Counted from the stretch's first letter, positions 1 through 9,706 are shown. The stretch is 64,000 nucleotides of DNA from Parcubacteria bacterium C7867-001 (GCA_001189095.1 LFCK01000001.1:20133-84132); one strand, 5' to 3'. Notes: generated by a model from the sequence alone, not told the origin. Made by a program: numbers and translations.

Positions 1-2
1 GT

Positions 3-209
3 GCAGAATCGGGTGCTGCCAACTGGCTCGTGTCGCACGGGTTTGCGCGCGATGCAGCCGGAGCAAACGCACTACTTATATTCCTCGCGCTGCTTTTGTT
101 TGCCGCAGCGATTGCGGGGTTCTTCTTTCTTCAGCCGCAACCTAAAGCACCAACCGATGCGCAGCTTCGTACGCTTGAGATAATGAAGGCACGGTCAGGA
201 ATACGCTAA
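3..209 (+). CDS. C-terminal fragment of a membrane protein; the gene runs off the left edge
   Basis: Frame 3 reads a hydrophobic TM-like stretch (ALLIFLALLLFAAAIAGFFFL) followed by a charged tail and TAA at 207-209. The frame-1 ORF listed in the ORF track looks like compositional noise. Confidence 0.35.
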   Translation, partial: AESGAANWLVSHGFARDAAGANALLIFLALLLFAAAIAGFFFLQPQPKAPTDAQLRTLEIMKARSGIR

Positions 210-214
210 ATCAT

Positions 215-709
215 ATGCAATCGGTCTCTCAAAAGCGTGGCTTTACCCTCATCGAGCTCTTGGTCGTTATTGCGATTATTAGTTTATTTTCGAGCATTGT
301 TCTTTCGTCATTGTCGCTCGCGCAGGCAAAAGCGCGCGATAGCCGCCGCCTCACCGATTTGCGACAAATCGTTAATGCGATTGAACTGTATCGTTCGAAT
401 AACTCAAGCTACCCCTCGACGAGCGGTTCGTGGTGGGGAAATTGCGCCGGTTTCGGTTCGCGCGCGACCAGTGGTGCCACCGCGTACGTTCCCAATGTCG
501 CTCCAACGTACATCAAGGTGTTGCCAACGGATCCAAAACCTATCGCTCCAAATAATTGCTATCTGTATAGCTCCAACGGCAGTGACTACATGATCATGGC
601 CTATGGCACGGTCGAAACGTATTCCTCTGCAAATAACCCTGCGCCACGCCCCTTTGATACGAACGAAGCAGACTTTGCGTTCTATACCGCTGGTGCGGCA
701 CAATGGTAG
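215..709 (+). CDS. Type IV pilin / pseudopilin-like protein with a prepilin N-terminus
   Basis: The N-terminus MQSVSQKRG|FTLIELLVVIAIISL matches the class III signal peptide (G-F-T-L-I-E followed by a hydrophobic helix). Size is about 160 aa. Confidence 0.7.
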   Translation: MQSVSQKRGFTLIELLVVIAIISLFSSIVLSSLSLAQAKARDSRRLTDLRQIVNAIELYRSNNSSYPSTSGSWWGNCAGFGSRATSGATAYVPNVAPTYIKVLPTDPKPIAPNNCYLYSSNGSDYMIMAYGTVETYSSANNPAPRPFDTNEADFAFYTAGAAQW

Positions 710-1179
710 GTATGCAAATCTTCATCGCTTCAGATCATGCTGGTTTTGAGCTCAAGGAGTCGCTCCGAGCTTTTCTCGCAGAGGCTGGCCACACCGTGGA
801 AGACTGTGGCGCGTTTGAAAAGAACGAGGGCGACGATTATCCAGACACGGTGATTCCGTGCGCGCAGAAGGTTGCGGAAATGCCGGACAGTTTCGGTATT
901 GTTATTGGCGCGTCAGGACAAGGTGAGGCGATGGCCGCAAATCGCGTTTCAGGTGTTCGTGCTGCTGTTTTCTACGGCGATGTGCAAGGTGTCCAAACGG
1001 ACGCGGAAGGAGGAGCATTATCTTTGGTGCAGTCGGTACGCGCTCACAATAATGCGAACATCCTTTCTCTCGGTGCGCGTTTTATTACGGAAGAAGAAGC
1101 ACAAACTGCCGTACGTATTTTTCTCGAAACACCATTTTCAGGCGACGAGCGACACGTGCGTCGTCTCGCTAAATTCTGA
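703..1179 (+). CDS. rpiB: Ribose-5-phosphate isomerase B (RpiB/LacAB family)
   Basis: The start MQIFIASDHAGFELKE is typical of RpiB. An alternative ATG lies at 712. The start overlaps the pilin stop. The gene ends in TGA. Confidence 0.8.
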   Translation: MVGMQIFIASDHAGFELKESLRAFLAEAGHTVEDCGAFEKNEGDDYPDTVIPCAQKVAEMPDSFGIVIGASGQGEAMAANRVSGVRAAVFYGDVQGVQTDAEGGALSLVQSVRAHNNANILSLGARFITEEEAQTAVRIFLETPFSGDERHVRRLAKF

Positions 1180-1231
1180 TGTATCCCCCTTCCTAAATCC
1201 AGAGTGCCGGTAAAACCGGTACACTGACTCT

Positions 1232-1954
1232 ATGGCCGTTATCATACCGGCGATATTGCCGCGTTCTAAAGAAGATCTCATACAGAAACTCGACGCGCTT
1301 CAGGGGCGGGTAAGCGACGTCCAAATTGATATTGTCGACGGCAAATTCGCGGGTCCCGCGAGCTGGCCCTGCGTACCCGGAACCGAGGACGCGACGCTTT
1401 TCGTTGCACGCCACGAACTCCTGCCGCACGCGGGCTCGCTCACTATTGAAGTGGACCTTATGGTCGAGGAGCCGGAGAAGACTGTTGGCATGTGGGTTGC
1501 CCTCGGTGCCCGTCGCATCACCATACACGCGGAAAGCGTCATCGATCTCCCGCGTCTTTTGCGTTCGCTCCAACGTACATATGGGCACGATAAGGGATTC
1601 GCGCCAGAGCTTCTTTCCATTGGCCTTGCGCTTAACATCGACAGCGAGCTTGCGCGCATCGAACCGCATCTTTCTATGGTCGATTACGTGCAGTTCATGG
1701 GTATCGACAGTATCGGGAAGCAAGGTCAACCATTTGACGAGCGTGTGTTGCGCAAAATAGCGATTTTCCGCAAACGACATACTGATATTCCGCTTCAAGT
1801 CGACGGCGGCGTTTCGCTCGCCACTGCACCAAAGTTGCTTGCAGCCGGCGTGAGCCGACTCGTCGCTGGTTCGAGCATCTGGAAGTCGCCGGACATCGGG
1901 AAGGAGATAGAAGCCTATAATTCAATCTTAGAAAGCTACGGGCGGTACACCTAA
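1232..1954 (+). CDS. rpe: Ribulose-phosphate 3-epimerase-like protein (ribulose-phosphate-binding barrel)
   Basis: IDIVDGKFAG corresponds to the Rpe metal/substrate motif DxMDGxF. There is a C-terminal GSSIW motif. The gene sits in a pentose-phosphate context. Confidence 0.65.
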   Translation: MAVIIPAILPRSKEDLIQKLDALQGRVSDVQIDIVDGKFAGPASWPCVPGTEDATLFVARHELLPHAGSLTIEVDLMVEEPEKTVGMWVALGARRITIHAESVIDLPRLLRSLQRTYGHDKGFAPELLSIGLALNIDSELARIEPHLSMVDYVQFMGIDSIGKQGQPFDERVLRKIAIFRKRHTDIPLQVDGGVSLATAPKLLAAGVSRLVAGSSIWKSPDIGKEIEAYNSILESYGRYT

Positions 1955-2038
1955 CATTCTGTGAGGATGCTATTCTAGAAATGATGGCGCACCACAAGGG
2001 TACTAATAATTTCCTAAGGCCTTCGGCCTAACAAAATT

Positions 2039-2911
2039 ATGTCGCTTACCGAACAAGAACGCATTTCTCTTGAAGCGAAGGCCAAAGCGATTCGTGAGAC
2101 GATCATCACCATGCTCGTCGAAGCGAAGAGCGGGCATACTGCCGGCCCTCTCGATATGGCGGACATCTTCACCGCTTTCTACTTCCATATACTCAAGCAC
2201 GATCCTCAAAATCCCGAGTGGGAAGAGCGCGATCGGCTTATTCTCTCGAATGGACACATCGTTCCCGTCCGCTACGCGGCTATGGCGCACGCGGGATACT
2301 TCCCGCTCGAGGAAACGAAGACGCTTCGTAAGTTCGGTTCCCGCCTTCAGGGGCATCCCGAGCGCACACGACTTCTAGGGATGGAAACAACCTCAGGGCC
2401 GCTCGGCTCAGGTCTTTCGCAGGCTGCCGGTATGGCGTACGCATTCCGTATGGATACAAAGAAGAACCGTGTCTTTTGTCTCATGGGAGATGGTGAGCAA
2501 AACGAAGGCAATGTGTGGGAAGCGGTGATGTGGGCGGGGAAGCAGAAACTCTCGAATCTCACGGCGGTTATCGATCGGAACAATATCCAGATAGATGGCA
2601 TGACGGAAGACGTTATGCCGCTCGAGCCGCTCGCCGATAAATACCGCGCGTTCAACTGGCACGTGATTGAAGTGAACGGTAACGATGTCGAAGCGTTCAT
2701 TGCGGCTGTGGAAGAAGCAAAAGCCATATTTGAAAAGCCAACGATGATCATTGCGCACACCATCGCTGGTAAGGGTGTTCCGGAAATAGAATTCGATTAC
2801 CACTGGCATGGCGGCGCGCCCGGCAAAGGCGTACCAAATGCCGAGCAAGGGAAGAAATTCCTCCAAGAAATTCGCTCTATGAAGGGGAAACTACCAAATG
2901 AGTATGCTTAA
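2039..2911 (+). CDS. Transketolase, N-terminal (TPP-binding) subunit
   Basis: GHTAGPLDMADIFTAFYF and GDGEQNEGNVWEA match the transketolase N-terminal half. The gene overlaps the next one by 14 nt. Confidence 0.85.
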   Translation: MSLTEQERISLEAKAKAIRETIITMLVEAKSGHTAGPLDMADIFTAFYFHILKHDPQNPEWEERDRLILSNGHIVPVRYAAMAHAGYFPLEETKTLRKFGSRLQGHPERTRLLGMETTSGPLGSGLSQAAGMAYAFRMDTKKNRVFCLMGDGEQNEGNVWEAVMWAGKQKLSNLTAVIDRNNIQIDGMTEDVMPLEPLADKYRAFNWHVIEVNGNDVEAFIAAVEEAKAIFEKPTMIIAHTIAGKGVPEIEFDYHWHGGAPGKGVPNAEQGKKFLQEIRSMKGKLPNEYA

Positions 2912-3890
2912 TAAAGACGCAAAATTGCTAGAGACTCTTTTCGATAAGGATATCGAGAAGAAGTCAACGCGCGACGGATTTGGGACGGCTGTCGTGGACG
3001 CAGGGAAAGAAAATAAAGATATCGTCGTGCTGTCTGCAGACCTTAAGGAGTCGACGCGTGCGGACTGGTTCGAAAAGGAATTTCCGGAACGTTTCATCGA
3101 GGTGGGCATTGGCGAGCAGAATATGGCGACGCTCGCCGCAGGGTTCGCTCTTGCCGGAAAGATCCCATTTATTACGAGCTATGCCGCATTCTCTCCAGGT
3201 CGCAATTACGAACAAATTCGTACTACTGCCGCATTAAATGACGTTCCGGTAAAAATCATGGGCATGCATGCAGGCGTATCGGTCGGACCCGATGGGGCAA
3301 CACACCAGATGCTCGAAGATATCGCGCTCATGCGCGCGATGCCGAACATGATTGTTCTGAACCCCTGTGACGCTGAAGAAGGAAGAAAGGCAACACTGTC
3401 TGCTGTTGCCAACGGAAAACCAACCTATATTCGTTTTGGTCGTTCAAATGTTCCTGTGTTTACAACAAAAGATACGCCGTTTGCCGAAGGAAAAGCGCTC
3501 GTTCTTTGGAAATCGGAAAAGCCGAAAGTTGCGCTCCTCGGTACAGGTTCGATGAGTTACAACGCACTCGTTGCCGCTCGTGCGCTCGAAGCCGAAGGCA
3601 TCGGCTCCATCGTCCTTCACAATCCTTCGATAAAACCGCTCGACGAGGCTGCAATACTTGAAGCGGCGAAAGCGGCGGGGAAGGTTGTCACAGTTGAAGA
3701 GCACCAGGTCGCGGGCGGGTTTGGCGGCGCCGTTGCAGAACTCCTTTCAAAAAAGCATCCAGTGCATATTGAACGACTCGGGATTCAGGACGAATTCGGT
3801 CAGTCAGGGGAGCCGGACGAACTCATCGAACACTACGGTCTTGGCCCATCCTTTATTGCTGAAACAGCGCGAAGAATGCTTAAGGTCTAG
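2898..3890 (+). CDS. Transketolase, C-terminal (pyrimidine-binding) subunit
   Basis: FIEVGIGEQNMATLAAGFALAGKIPF matches the transketolase C-terminal half. This is a split-gene arrangement. Confidence 0.85.
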   Translation: MSMLNKDAKLLETLFDKDIEKKSTRDGFGTAVVDAGKENKDIVVLSADLKESTRADWFEKEFPERFIEVGIGEQNMATLAAGFALAGKIPFITSYAAFSPGRNYEQIRTTAALNDVPVKIMGMHAGVSVGPDGATHQMLEDIALMRAMPNMIVLNPCDAEEGRKATLSAVANGKPTYIRFGRSNVPVFTTKDTPFAEGKALVLWKSEKPKVALLGTGSMSYNALVAARALEAEGIGSIVLHNPSIKPLDEAAILEAAKAAGKVVTVEEHQVAGGFGGAVAELLSKKHPVHIERLGIQDEFGQSGEPDELIEHYGLGPSFIAETARRMLKV

Positions 3891-4882
3891 AGAGGAGAAA
3901 CGCGGTAGTCGGGAGGCGCGTTCTTGAGGAATTCTTCAAGCGCAGCGCGCGTGAGAAGACCTTTCTGTGCGCCTACTTCCTGAACGACTGCCATGGAATT
4001 AATTGGTGCCCAGAGAAGAGCTTCAGCCAGCGGTTTACCGAGCGCAAGCGCCGAAGTAACGGTCGATGCAAATGCATCTCCTGCCCCCGTTCGTTCATAC
4101 GGCGCGCGGCTGTCGGGGTACATGGGAACTTTCATAAGGTCGTTACCGTCTGAGGCGTACGCACCATCGCGATCATCGGTAATGATAACGAGCTGGGGAC
4201 CGAGTGCGCGCAGACCGGCAAGCAGTTCCGGTAACGGCGTTCCGAGGGGAAGTTCCAAAATTCGCTGGGCCTCTTCTTTATTGCAGAAAAATACATGCGT
4301 TCGCTCGTAGAGCGCTTTTAGCTTTTCAATGCCAAGCTTCATTTGAAACGTTCCCGGCTGGAAAGCGAGTTTCGTTTCAGGGTGCGCAGCGAGATATTCC
4401 GCGATTTGCGCGTGATATGGCTCGGAGTGGTCGGCGAGTGAACTCAGGTAGAGGAATTTTGGCGCCGGCATATCCTTCGGGAACTGGTACGGATACGCTT
4501 CATGCTTCACGAGTATGGTTCGCTCGTTTTCGTACCACAGCACGTAGTGATAGTTACTCTTGATGCCGTGGTGTGCCGTAATGTAGGTCGTCGAGACGTT
4601 TTCTTTCGTGAGCTGCTCAACATCATGCTTGCCTACCGTGTCCTGTCCGATGTCGGAAACAAGACCGCTTTTGAGACCAAGTCGCGCGGCCGCGACGGCC
4701 GCGTTTGGCGAATTACCGACTCCATGGCAAATCGTGGCGAAGTCGTAGGGAATTTTGTCGCCCCAACGCATTGAAATTTCACAGTCTTCATCATCTATCT
4801 TGCAGGTAACGCGTGCATCCTTGAGACGGATGAACGGCTCGGTGACGATATCGCCCACAGCGACGAAATCAAGCGGCTCCAT
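3887..4882 (-). CDS. PfkB-family carbohydrate kinase (ribokinase/phosphofructokinase-like)
   Basis: GAGDAFASTVTSALALG is the PfkB signature 2. A GGAG RBS lies upstream on the minus strand. The gene is convergent with the transketolase C-terminal subunit, with overlapping stop codons. Confidence 0.75.
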   Translation of the reverse strand: MEPLDFVAVGDIVTEPFIRLKDARVTCKIDDEDCEISMRWGDKIPYDFATICHGVGNSPNAAVAAARLGLKSGLVSDIGQDTVGKHDVEQLTKENVSTTYITAHHGIKSNYHYVLWYENERTILVKHEAYPYQFPKDMPAPKFLYLSSLADHSEPYHAQIAEYLAAHPETKLAFQPGTFQMKLGIEKLKALYERTHVFFCNKEEAQRILELPLGTPLPELLAGLRALGPQLVIITDDRDGAYASDGNDLMKVPMYPDSRAPYERTGAGDAFASTVTSALALGKPLAEALLWAPINSMAVVQEVGAQKGLLTRAALEEFLKNAPPDYRVSPL

Positions 4883-5027
4883 TTCTCCTTAGTCTACACT
4901 ATGCTCAACGCACCAGACCGTCTATCGAATTACCTGCGGATCAATCACGTCGCAAGCAATCGTCAATGTTAATCCGAGTATTCAAGAGTTTTAAAGGTCC
5001 ACTTTGCGAAGGTGCTACACTACACAT

Positions 5028-6035
5028 ATGATGCTTGTTGATCTTTTGGCGTGCGCGCACTCGCTGGTGCATCCCGGCAAGGGCATACTTGCTGCTGACG
5101 AAAGTACGACCACCGCCGACAAGCGCCTCGAACAGTTCGGTATCAAATCATCGGTTGAGATGCGCCGGAAAGAGCGCGACCTCTTCCTTGCGACACCCGA
5201 TATCGAGAAATATCTCTCAGGCGTCATTCTCTATCAGGAGACGCTCACCCAAAAGTCAAAGAGCGGGAAGTACTTCCCGAAGCTTCTCTGGGAAAAGGGC
5301 ATCGTACCGGGTATAAAAGTCGACGAGGGAACCGAGCCTATGGCCGACAATCCCGATGAGCTCATCACGAACGGTCTTATCGGGCTCGAGGATCGCGTTG
5401 CTAAATACCACAAGGAGTCCCATACCGGATTTGCGAAGTGGCGCGCAGTTATTCGTATCGATGGCGATCGTCTCCCGACCGCTCAAGCACTTGTCGAGAA
5501 CGCAAAGCGTCTCGCAACCTATGCAAAATGCGTGCAGGAAACAGGTATGGTGCCGGTGGTTGAGCCCGAGGTTCTTCTTGAGGGTAAGCATAGTCGCGCC
5601 CGGGCCCGGGCCGTGATCGAAACCACTATGAAGGCAGTCATCGCTGCGCTTGAAGACCAGTCACTCGATATGTCAGGAGTCGTGGTGAAGACTGCGATGG
5701 CGCTTTCCGGCAATAAGAGCGGTAGAAAGGATACGCCGGAAGAGGTCGCTGAGGATACGGTAACGGCGCTCGTGAATTCCATCCCGAAAGGGTTGGCGGG
5801 CGTGGTATTCCTCTCGGGAGGCCAGACACCAGACCAAGCGACCGAGAACCTCCGCGCAATAGCGCACTACGCAGCGAAAGCCGGCGCCCCATGGCCCATG
5901 ACCTTCTCCTATGCCCGTGCGCTTCAGGAGGAGGCACTCGAGGTCTGGAGGGGAAAAGAGGAGAATGTGGATGCTGCCCGAGACATATATATGTCTCGCC
6001 TCGAGAAGGTCTTTAATGCGGCTCGGGGCGCCTAA
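5028..6035 (+). CDS. fba: Fructose-bisphosphate aldolase, class I
   Basis: GKGILAADESTTTADKRL is the class I FBA N-terminal motif. The ORF-track start at 5004 is a possible alternative. Confidence 0.8.
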   Translation: MMLVDLLACAHSLVHPGKGILAADESTTTADKRLEQFGIKSSVEMRRKERDLFLATPDIEKYLSGVILYQETLTQKSKSGKYFPKLLWEKGIVPGIKVDEGTEPMADNPDELITNGLIGLEDRVAKYHKESHTGFAKWRAVIRIDGDRLPTAQALVENAKRLATYAKCVQETGMVPVVEPEVLLEGKHSRARARAVIETTMKAVIAALEDQSLDMSGVVVKTAMALSGNKSGRKDTPEEVAEDTVTALVNSIPKGLAGVVFLSGGQTPDQATENLRAIAHYAAKAGAPWPMTFSYARALQEEALEVWRGKEENVDAARDIYMSRLEKVFNAARGA

Positions 6036-6078
6036 CGGCTCCTTGCGCTACAACCCCGTTTAGGGCATACTCGCCTTC

Positions 6079-6714
6079 ATGCATACCCTCGCAGTTTCCG
6101 TCCGGACTGAGCTTGGAAAGCGCGCAAAGCGCCTTCTTTCTGCTGGTCAGATGCCGGCCGTAGTCTACGGTCCTAAGGAGGACACCATTTCGGTTTCCGT
6201 CCCACTCGCTATCTTTGAAAAGACCCTTAAGGTCGCCGGCGAATCGTCCGTGCTTGAGCTTACGGGCCTCAACAAGCCGCTTCAGGTCCTTATTCACGAT
6301 ATCGACCGTGATCCGGTTACGAACATCCCTCGCCACGCTGATTTCTATGCAATTGAGAAGGGTGCGAAGGTTGAAGTCGCTGTTCCGCTTGAATTTATCG
6401 GTGAGTCGGCTGCCGTGAAGGCTGGTGCGAACCTTGTGAAAGTTATCCATGAACTTGAAGTCGAGGCGGACGCAGCGCACCTCCCCCAGCACATCGAAGT
6501 CGACATTTCGTCGCTTGCCGAAATCGGTTCCCAGATCCATGTCCGCGATCTCTCTATTCCATCGGGCGTTACCGTAAAGGCTGAACCGGAAGACGTCGTT
6601 GCGCTTATTCAGGAAGTGAAGATTGAGGAAGAGGCTCCGTCGGAAGCTCCTGATATGGCTTCGATTGAAGTCGAAAAGAAGGGTAAGGACGAAGAGGAAG
6701 CAGCTGCAGAATAA
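6079..6714 (+). CDS. rplY: Ribosomal protein L25 / general stress protein Ctc (two-domain form)
   Basis: RTELGKRAKRLLSAGQMPAVVYG is the L25 N-terminal motif. There is an acidic C-terminal tail. Confidence 0.8.
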   Translation: MHTLAVSVRTELGKRAKRLLSAGQMPAVVYGPKEDTISVSVPLAIFEKTLKVAGESSVLELTGLNKPLQVLIHDIDRDPVTNIPRHADFYAIEKGAKVEVAVPLEFIGESAAVKAGANLVKVIHELEVEADAAHLPQHIEVDISSLAEIGSQIHVRDLSIPSGVTVKAEPEDVVALIQEVKIEEEAPSEAPDMASIEVEKKGKDEEEAAAE

Positions 6715-6793
6715 GTCCATTCTTCATGAAAATGGCCCGCTTGGTAATGCCGGCGGGCTATTTTCGTCTTCTGATATACTGAAACCTACGTAT

Positions 6794-8158
6794 ATGCATC
6801 GGCATGTTCTCTTTGCTGTTTTCTTCCTTCTTGGCGCAATAGGGACGCTCTCCTTTGCGTCCGTTGCTGACGCGGCGGGTATCGACTGCACTTCAAATGC
6901 CGACGTTCGTGCCAAATGCCAGCAGGAATACGACCAGCTTCAACAGGAAATTGCGGGGTGGCAGAAGGTGCTCGACGAAACTCGTACGAAGAAAAATACT
7001 CTTAAGGGCGACGTGACCGCGCTCACCGCCCAAATCAATCAGGCCGAAGCGCAAATTAAGCAGAAGAACATTGCGATCGCAAAGCTCGGTTCGCAAATAG
7101 CGCAGAAGAACCGTATCATCTCAGATCTCGAGGCGCGCATTGCGCGCGGTAGGGATTCGCTTGCCTCGCTCGTACGCCAGCAAAATCAGGCGGATGATTT
7201 ATCGCTTCCGGAGATTGCGTTCTCTGCGAACGAAATCTCAAACCTCTTTACTGATATGGATCGCGTTGTTTCGATCCAGAAGGGGCTCCATACGACCTTC
7301 GCGCAGATTCGTGGCGATAAGGAGACGACGCAGAATGAGAAACTCGCGCTTACCGACGCTCAAAACAACGAGGTTGATGCGCGCTATGTCGTACAGACCA
7401 AGGAACAGCAGATAAGTCAGAATAAGAAAGAGAAGACGCAGCTCCTCACTATCACCTCGAATCAGGAGAGTCAGTACCAAAAGGCACTTTCGGAACGGCA
7501 GGCACGCGCCGCAGCGATACGCAGCGCGTTGTTCAACCTGCGCGACACGCAGGGTATCGAGTTCGGTACGGCACTTACCTATGCGACGGAAGCCTCTCAA
7601 AAGACCGGCGTTCGTCCGGCTATTATCCTCGCCTTCCTTTCGCAAGAGTCTGATCTCGGAAAGAATGTCGGCTCGTGCCTTGTGACCGACCTCTCGACGG
7701 GTAATGGAAAGGGAAAGAATACGGGAACGCCCTTTAAGAACGTGATGAAAGCTCCCCGCGATACCGTGCCTTTTGAGGTTATCACTAAGTCGCTCGGTCT
7801 CGATTGGACGACCACTCCCGTATCGTGCCCGCAATCGATAGGCTATGGCGGCGCCATGGGACCGTCGCAGTTCATCCCGTCGACATGGCAGCTCTATGCA
7901 GCGCGCCTTAAGAGTACGCTCGGCGTCGCTGTCCCGAATCCGTGGGGCGCCAAAGATGCCATTTTCGCAACGGCGCTCTACATCACCGATCTTGGCGCGA
8001 GCTCGGGCACCTACACCGCCGAGCGCAATGCTGCGTGTCAGTACTTTTCGGGCCGTACCTGTGCGGCCGCAGGAGGGGTAGTCGCTTCCTATGGCGATTC
8101 CGTGATGGCGAAAGCCGCGACGTTCCAGCAGAACATCGATTTCTTGAAGGACAACTAA
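6794..8158 (+). CDS. Secreted coiled-coil protein with a C-terminal lytic-transglycosylase-like domain (MltB/SLT-like)
   Basis: The protein begins with a signal peptide (MHRHVLFAVFFLLGAIGTLSFASVADA) followed by a long Q/E-rich coiled coil. The C-terminus carries LAFLSQESDLG (an ES catalytic motif) and GYGGAMGPSQFIPSTW, which resembles the LT GxMQFmPsTW motif. The start at 6794 is in frame with the longer ORF listed in the ORF track. Confidence 0.6.
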   Translation: MHRHVLFAVFFLLGAIGTLSFASVADAAGIDCTSNADVRAKCQQEYDQLQQEIAGWQKVLDETRTKKNTLKGDVTALTAQINQAEAQIKQKNIAIAKLGSQIAQKNRIISDLEARIARGRDSLASLVRQQNQADDLSLPEIAFSANEISNLFTDMDRVVSIQKGLHTTFAQIRGDKETTQNEKLALTDAQNNEVDARYVVQTKEQQISQNKKEKTQLLTITSNQESQYQKALSERQARAAAIRSALFNLRDTQGIEFGTALTYATEASQKTGVRPAIILAFLSQESDLGKNVGSCLVTDLSTGNGKGKNTGTPFKNVMKAPRDTVPFEVITKSLGLDWTTTPVSCPQSIGYGGAMGPSQFIPSTWQLYAARLKSTLGVAVPNPWGAKDAIFATALYITDLGASSGTYTAERNAACQYFSGRTCAAAGGVVASYGDSVMAKAATFQQNIDFLKDN

Positions 8159-8184
8159 GGGTTGTGTCTGGTACGCTTATCGTA

Positions 8185-9663
8185 ATGCTTACGCGCTTCT
8201 CGTACGTGTTTCTTGGTGCCGGCTCAGGCGCTCTCGTGGCGTTTGCATACTATTTCCCCTATAGCTGGCCGGTTATATTTATCGCGCTTATTCCACTTCT
8301 GCATGCGGTCCGTACTGCTCGTACATGGAAAGGTGCGCTCGTCGCAGGCATGGTTACCGGTGCGATCCTTGTGGGTGCAACAACATTCTGGATGTTTGCG
8401 TCGCGGCCACTTCCAACCGCGTTTAGTCTTTCGCCGTTCGTTGGCTTCCTAAGCGTCTTGGTCAGTTGGCTCTTAATCATGCTTTTTACAGCCCCTCTTG
8501 TTGGGGTATGGGCAGTGTGTGTGCGACGCTTTTTTCAATCAAGCATACTCGCTACGGTGGGTGTTGCGATACTGTGGGTTTTCATCGTTGAGTATCTGCG
8601 CATGTATGGATTTGCGCTGGTGACCTACACGCCGCTTGTTTCAAATCCACTCTTCTGGACGACGGGTGCGCTCGGGTATCCACTTGCCGACAATGAGAAT
8701 TGGTTGCAGCTTGCATCTCTCGGCGGCCTTTGGCTCCTCTCCTTTACGGTAGTGTTGGTAAACGCACTCATATATCAGTTCGTCGTGCGCGCAAGCGGAA
8801 AGAGGAGAGTAATTGCCGGAGGAGTACTCGCAACGGCACTACTTATTGCTAGCGTACTTCCGATTATTTCTTGGCGTGATGCTGGGACAAGCACTCCGTC
8901 GGTACCCATAGGGTTCATGTCGCTGTGGTCGCATAACGAGGACCAGTTCGCTGCGATTACGGATGTGCATCAAGATGCGCAACGAGCCATTATTGACCTT
9001 GCAGAAAAAGGCGCACGCATTATTGTCTTGCCCGAAGGGGAAGACTATATCGATCTTCATACGTCTATCGATATTGATCGGCTGCGCCATGAAGGGGTCA
9101 TGATTGTCGCCGCAGGTCCAACGCGTTCTCCTGACGGAAAGAAGTTGTTGCGGGGGTACGTCAGTGACGCAGAAACGGGAGTGGCCGAAACCATACGAAA
9201 CAAAATGGTCCTAACCCCACAAGGGGAGTTTTTGATCGGTATATTCCGGTACGGTATGCCGCTTATTGGTTTAGAGAAAAGTGTCGCTCGCTTTGAAGAC
9301 ACGAAAGCGCTGGGTATTGGCAGTTGGGGGAGTGCAATTGAGTACGGAACACTGCGTGCATCACTCATGTTTTGTTTTGAGGTATTTGCACCGAATTTCG
9401 GAAAAGAGTTAGTCCGGCGACAAGATTCGGATGTGGTGTTGGCGATGATTTCTCATGCACGATTTTATGACGCGCAAAACCTTCACCAGGATACCTTTCG
9501 ATTCTTGCGCGTTCGCGGGGTCGAAGCAGGCGTGCCACTTATTGTTTCAACGAATCATACGCTCGCCTATGCGTTTGATAGCTACGGTCGGATTCTCATG
9601 ACCGAGGGTGCTAGACATGAGTCAGAGTGGGGGATCGTCTCAGTACCGCTTATCCCACGCTGA
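8185..9663 (+). CDS. lnt: Apolipoprotein N-acyltransferase-like protein (Lnt; polytopic membrane domain plus C-N hydrolase domain)
   Basis: The N-terminal half has many TM helices. The C-terminal half has RIIVLPEGEDY (catalytic Glu) and ASLMFCFEVFAP (catalytic Cys), which are C-N hydrolase hallmarks. An alternative GTG start lies at 8164. The ORF-track 5' extension overlaps the upstream gene and is rejected. Confidence 0.6.
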   Translation: MLTRFSYVFLGAGSGALVAFAYYFPYSWPVIFIALIPLLHAVRTARTWKGALVAGMVTGAILVGATTFWMFASRPLPTAFSLSPFVGFLSVLVSWLLIMLFTAPLVGVWAVCVRRFFQSSILATVGVAILWVFIVEYLRMYGFALVTYTPLVSNPLFWTTGALGYPLADNENWLQLASLGGLWLLSFTVVLVNALIYQFVVRASGKRRVIAGGVLATALLIASVLPIISWRDAGTSTPSVPIGFMSLWSHNEDQFAAITDVHQDAQRAIIDLAEKGARIIVLPEGEDYIDLHTSIDIDRLRHEGVMIVAAGPTRSPDGKKLLRGYVSDAETGVAETIRNKMVLTPQGEFLIGIFRYGMPLIGLEKSVARFEDTKALGIGSWGSAIEYGTLRASLMFCFEVFAPNFGKELVRRQDSDVVLAMISHARFYDAQNLHQDTFRFLRVRGVEAGVPLIVSTNHTLAYAFDSYGRILMTEGARHESEWGIVSVPLIPR

Positions 9664-9706
9664 TGTTCCACCGACGCCCCTGCCTTTTTCATAGGGAGGG
9701 GATAGA

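Noticed and set aside
6013-6720. A 235-aa minus-strand ORF
   Set aside because: It is antisense to rplY. It is low-complexity and has no signals.
7942-8184. An N-terminal extension of the Lnt-like ORF; also 29312-29464 of the repeat-protein ORF and 32817-32963 of thrS
   Set aside because: The extensions overlap upstream genes in another frame and have no conserved sequence. Internal in-frame starts coincide with the first conserved motif, signal peptide or TM helix.
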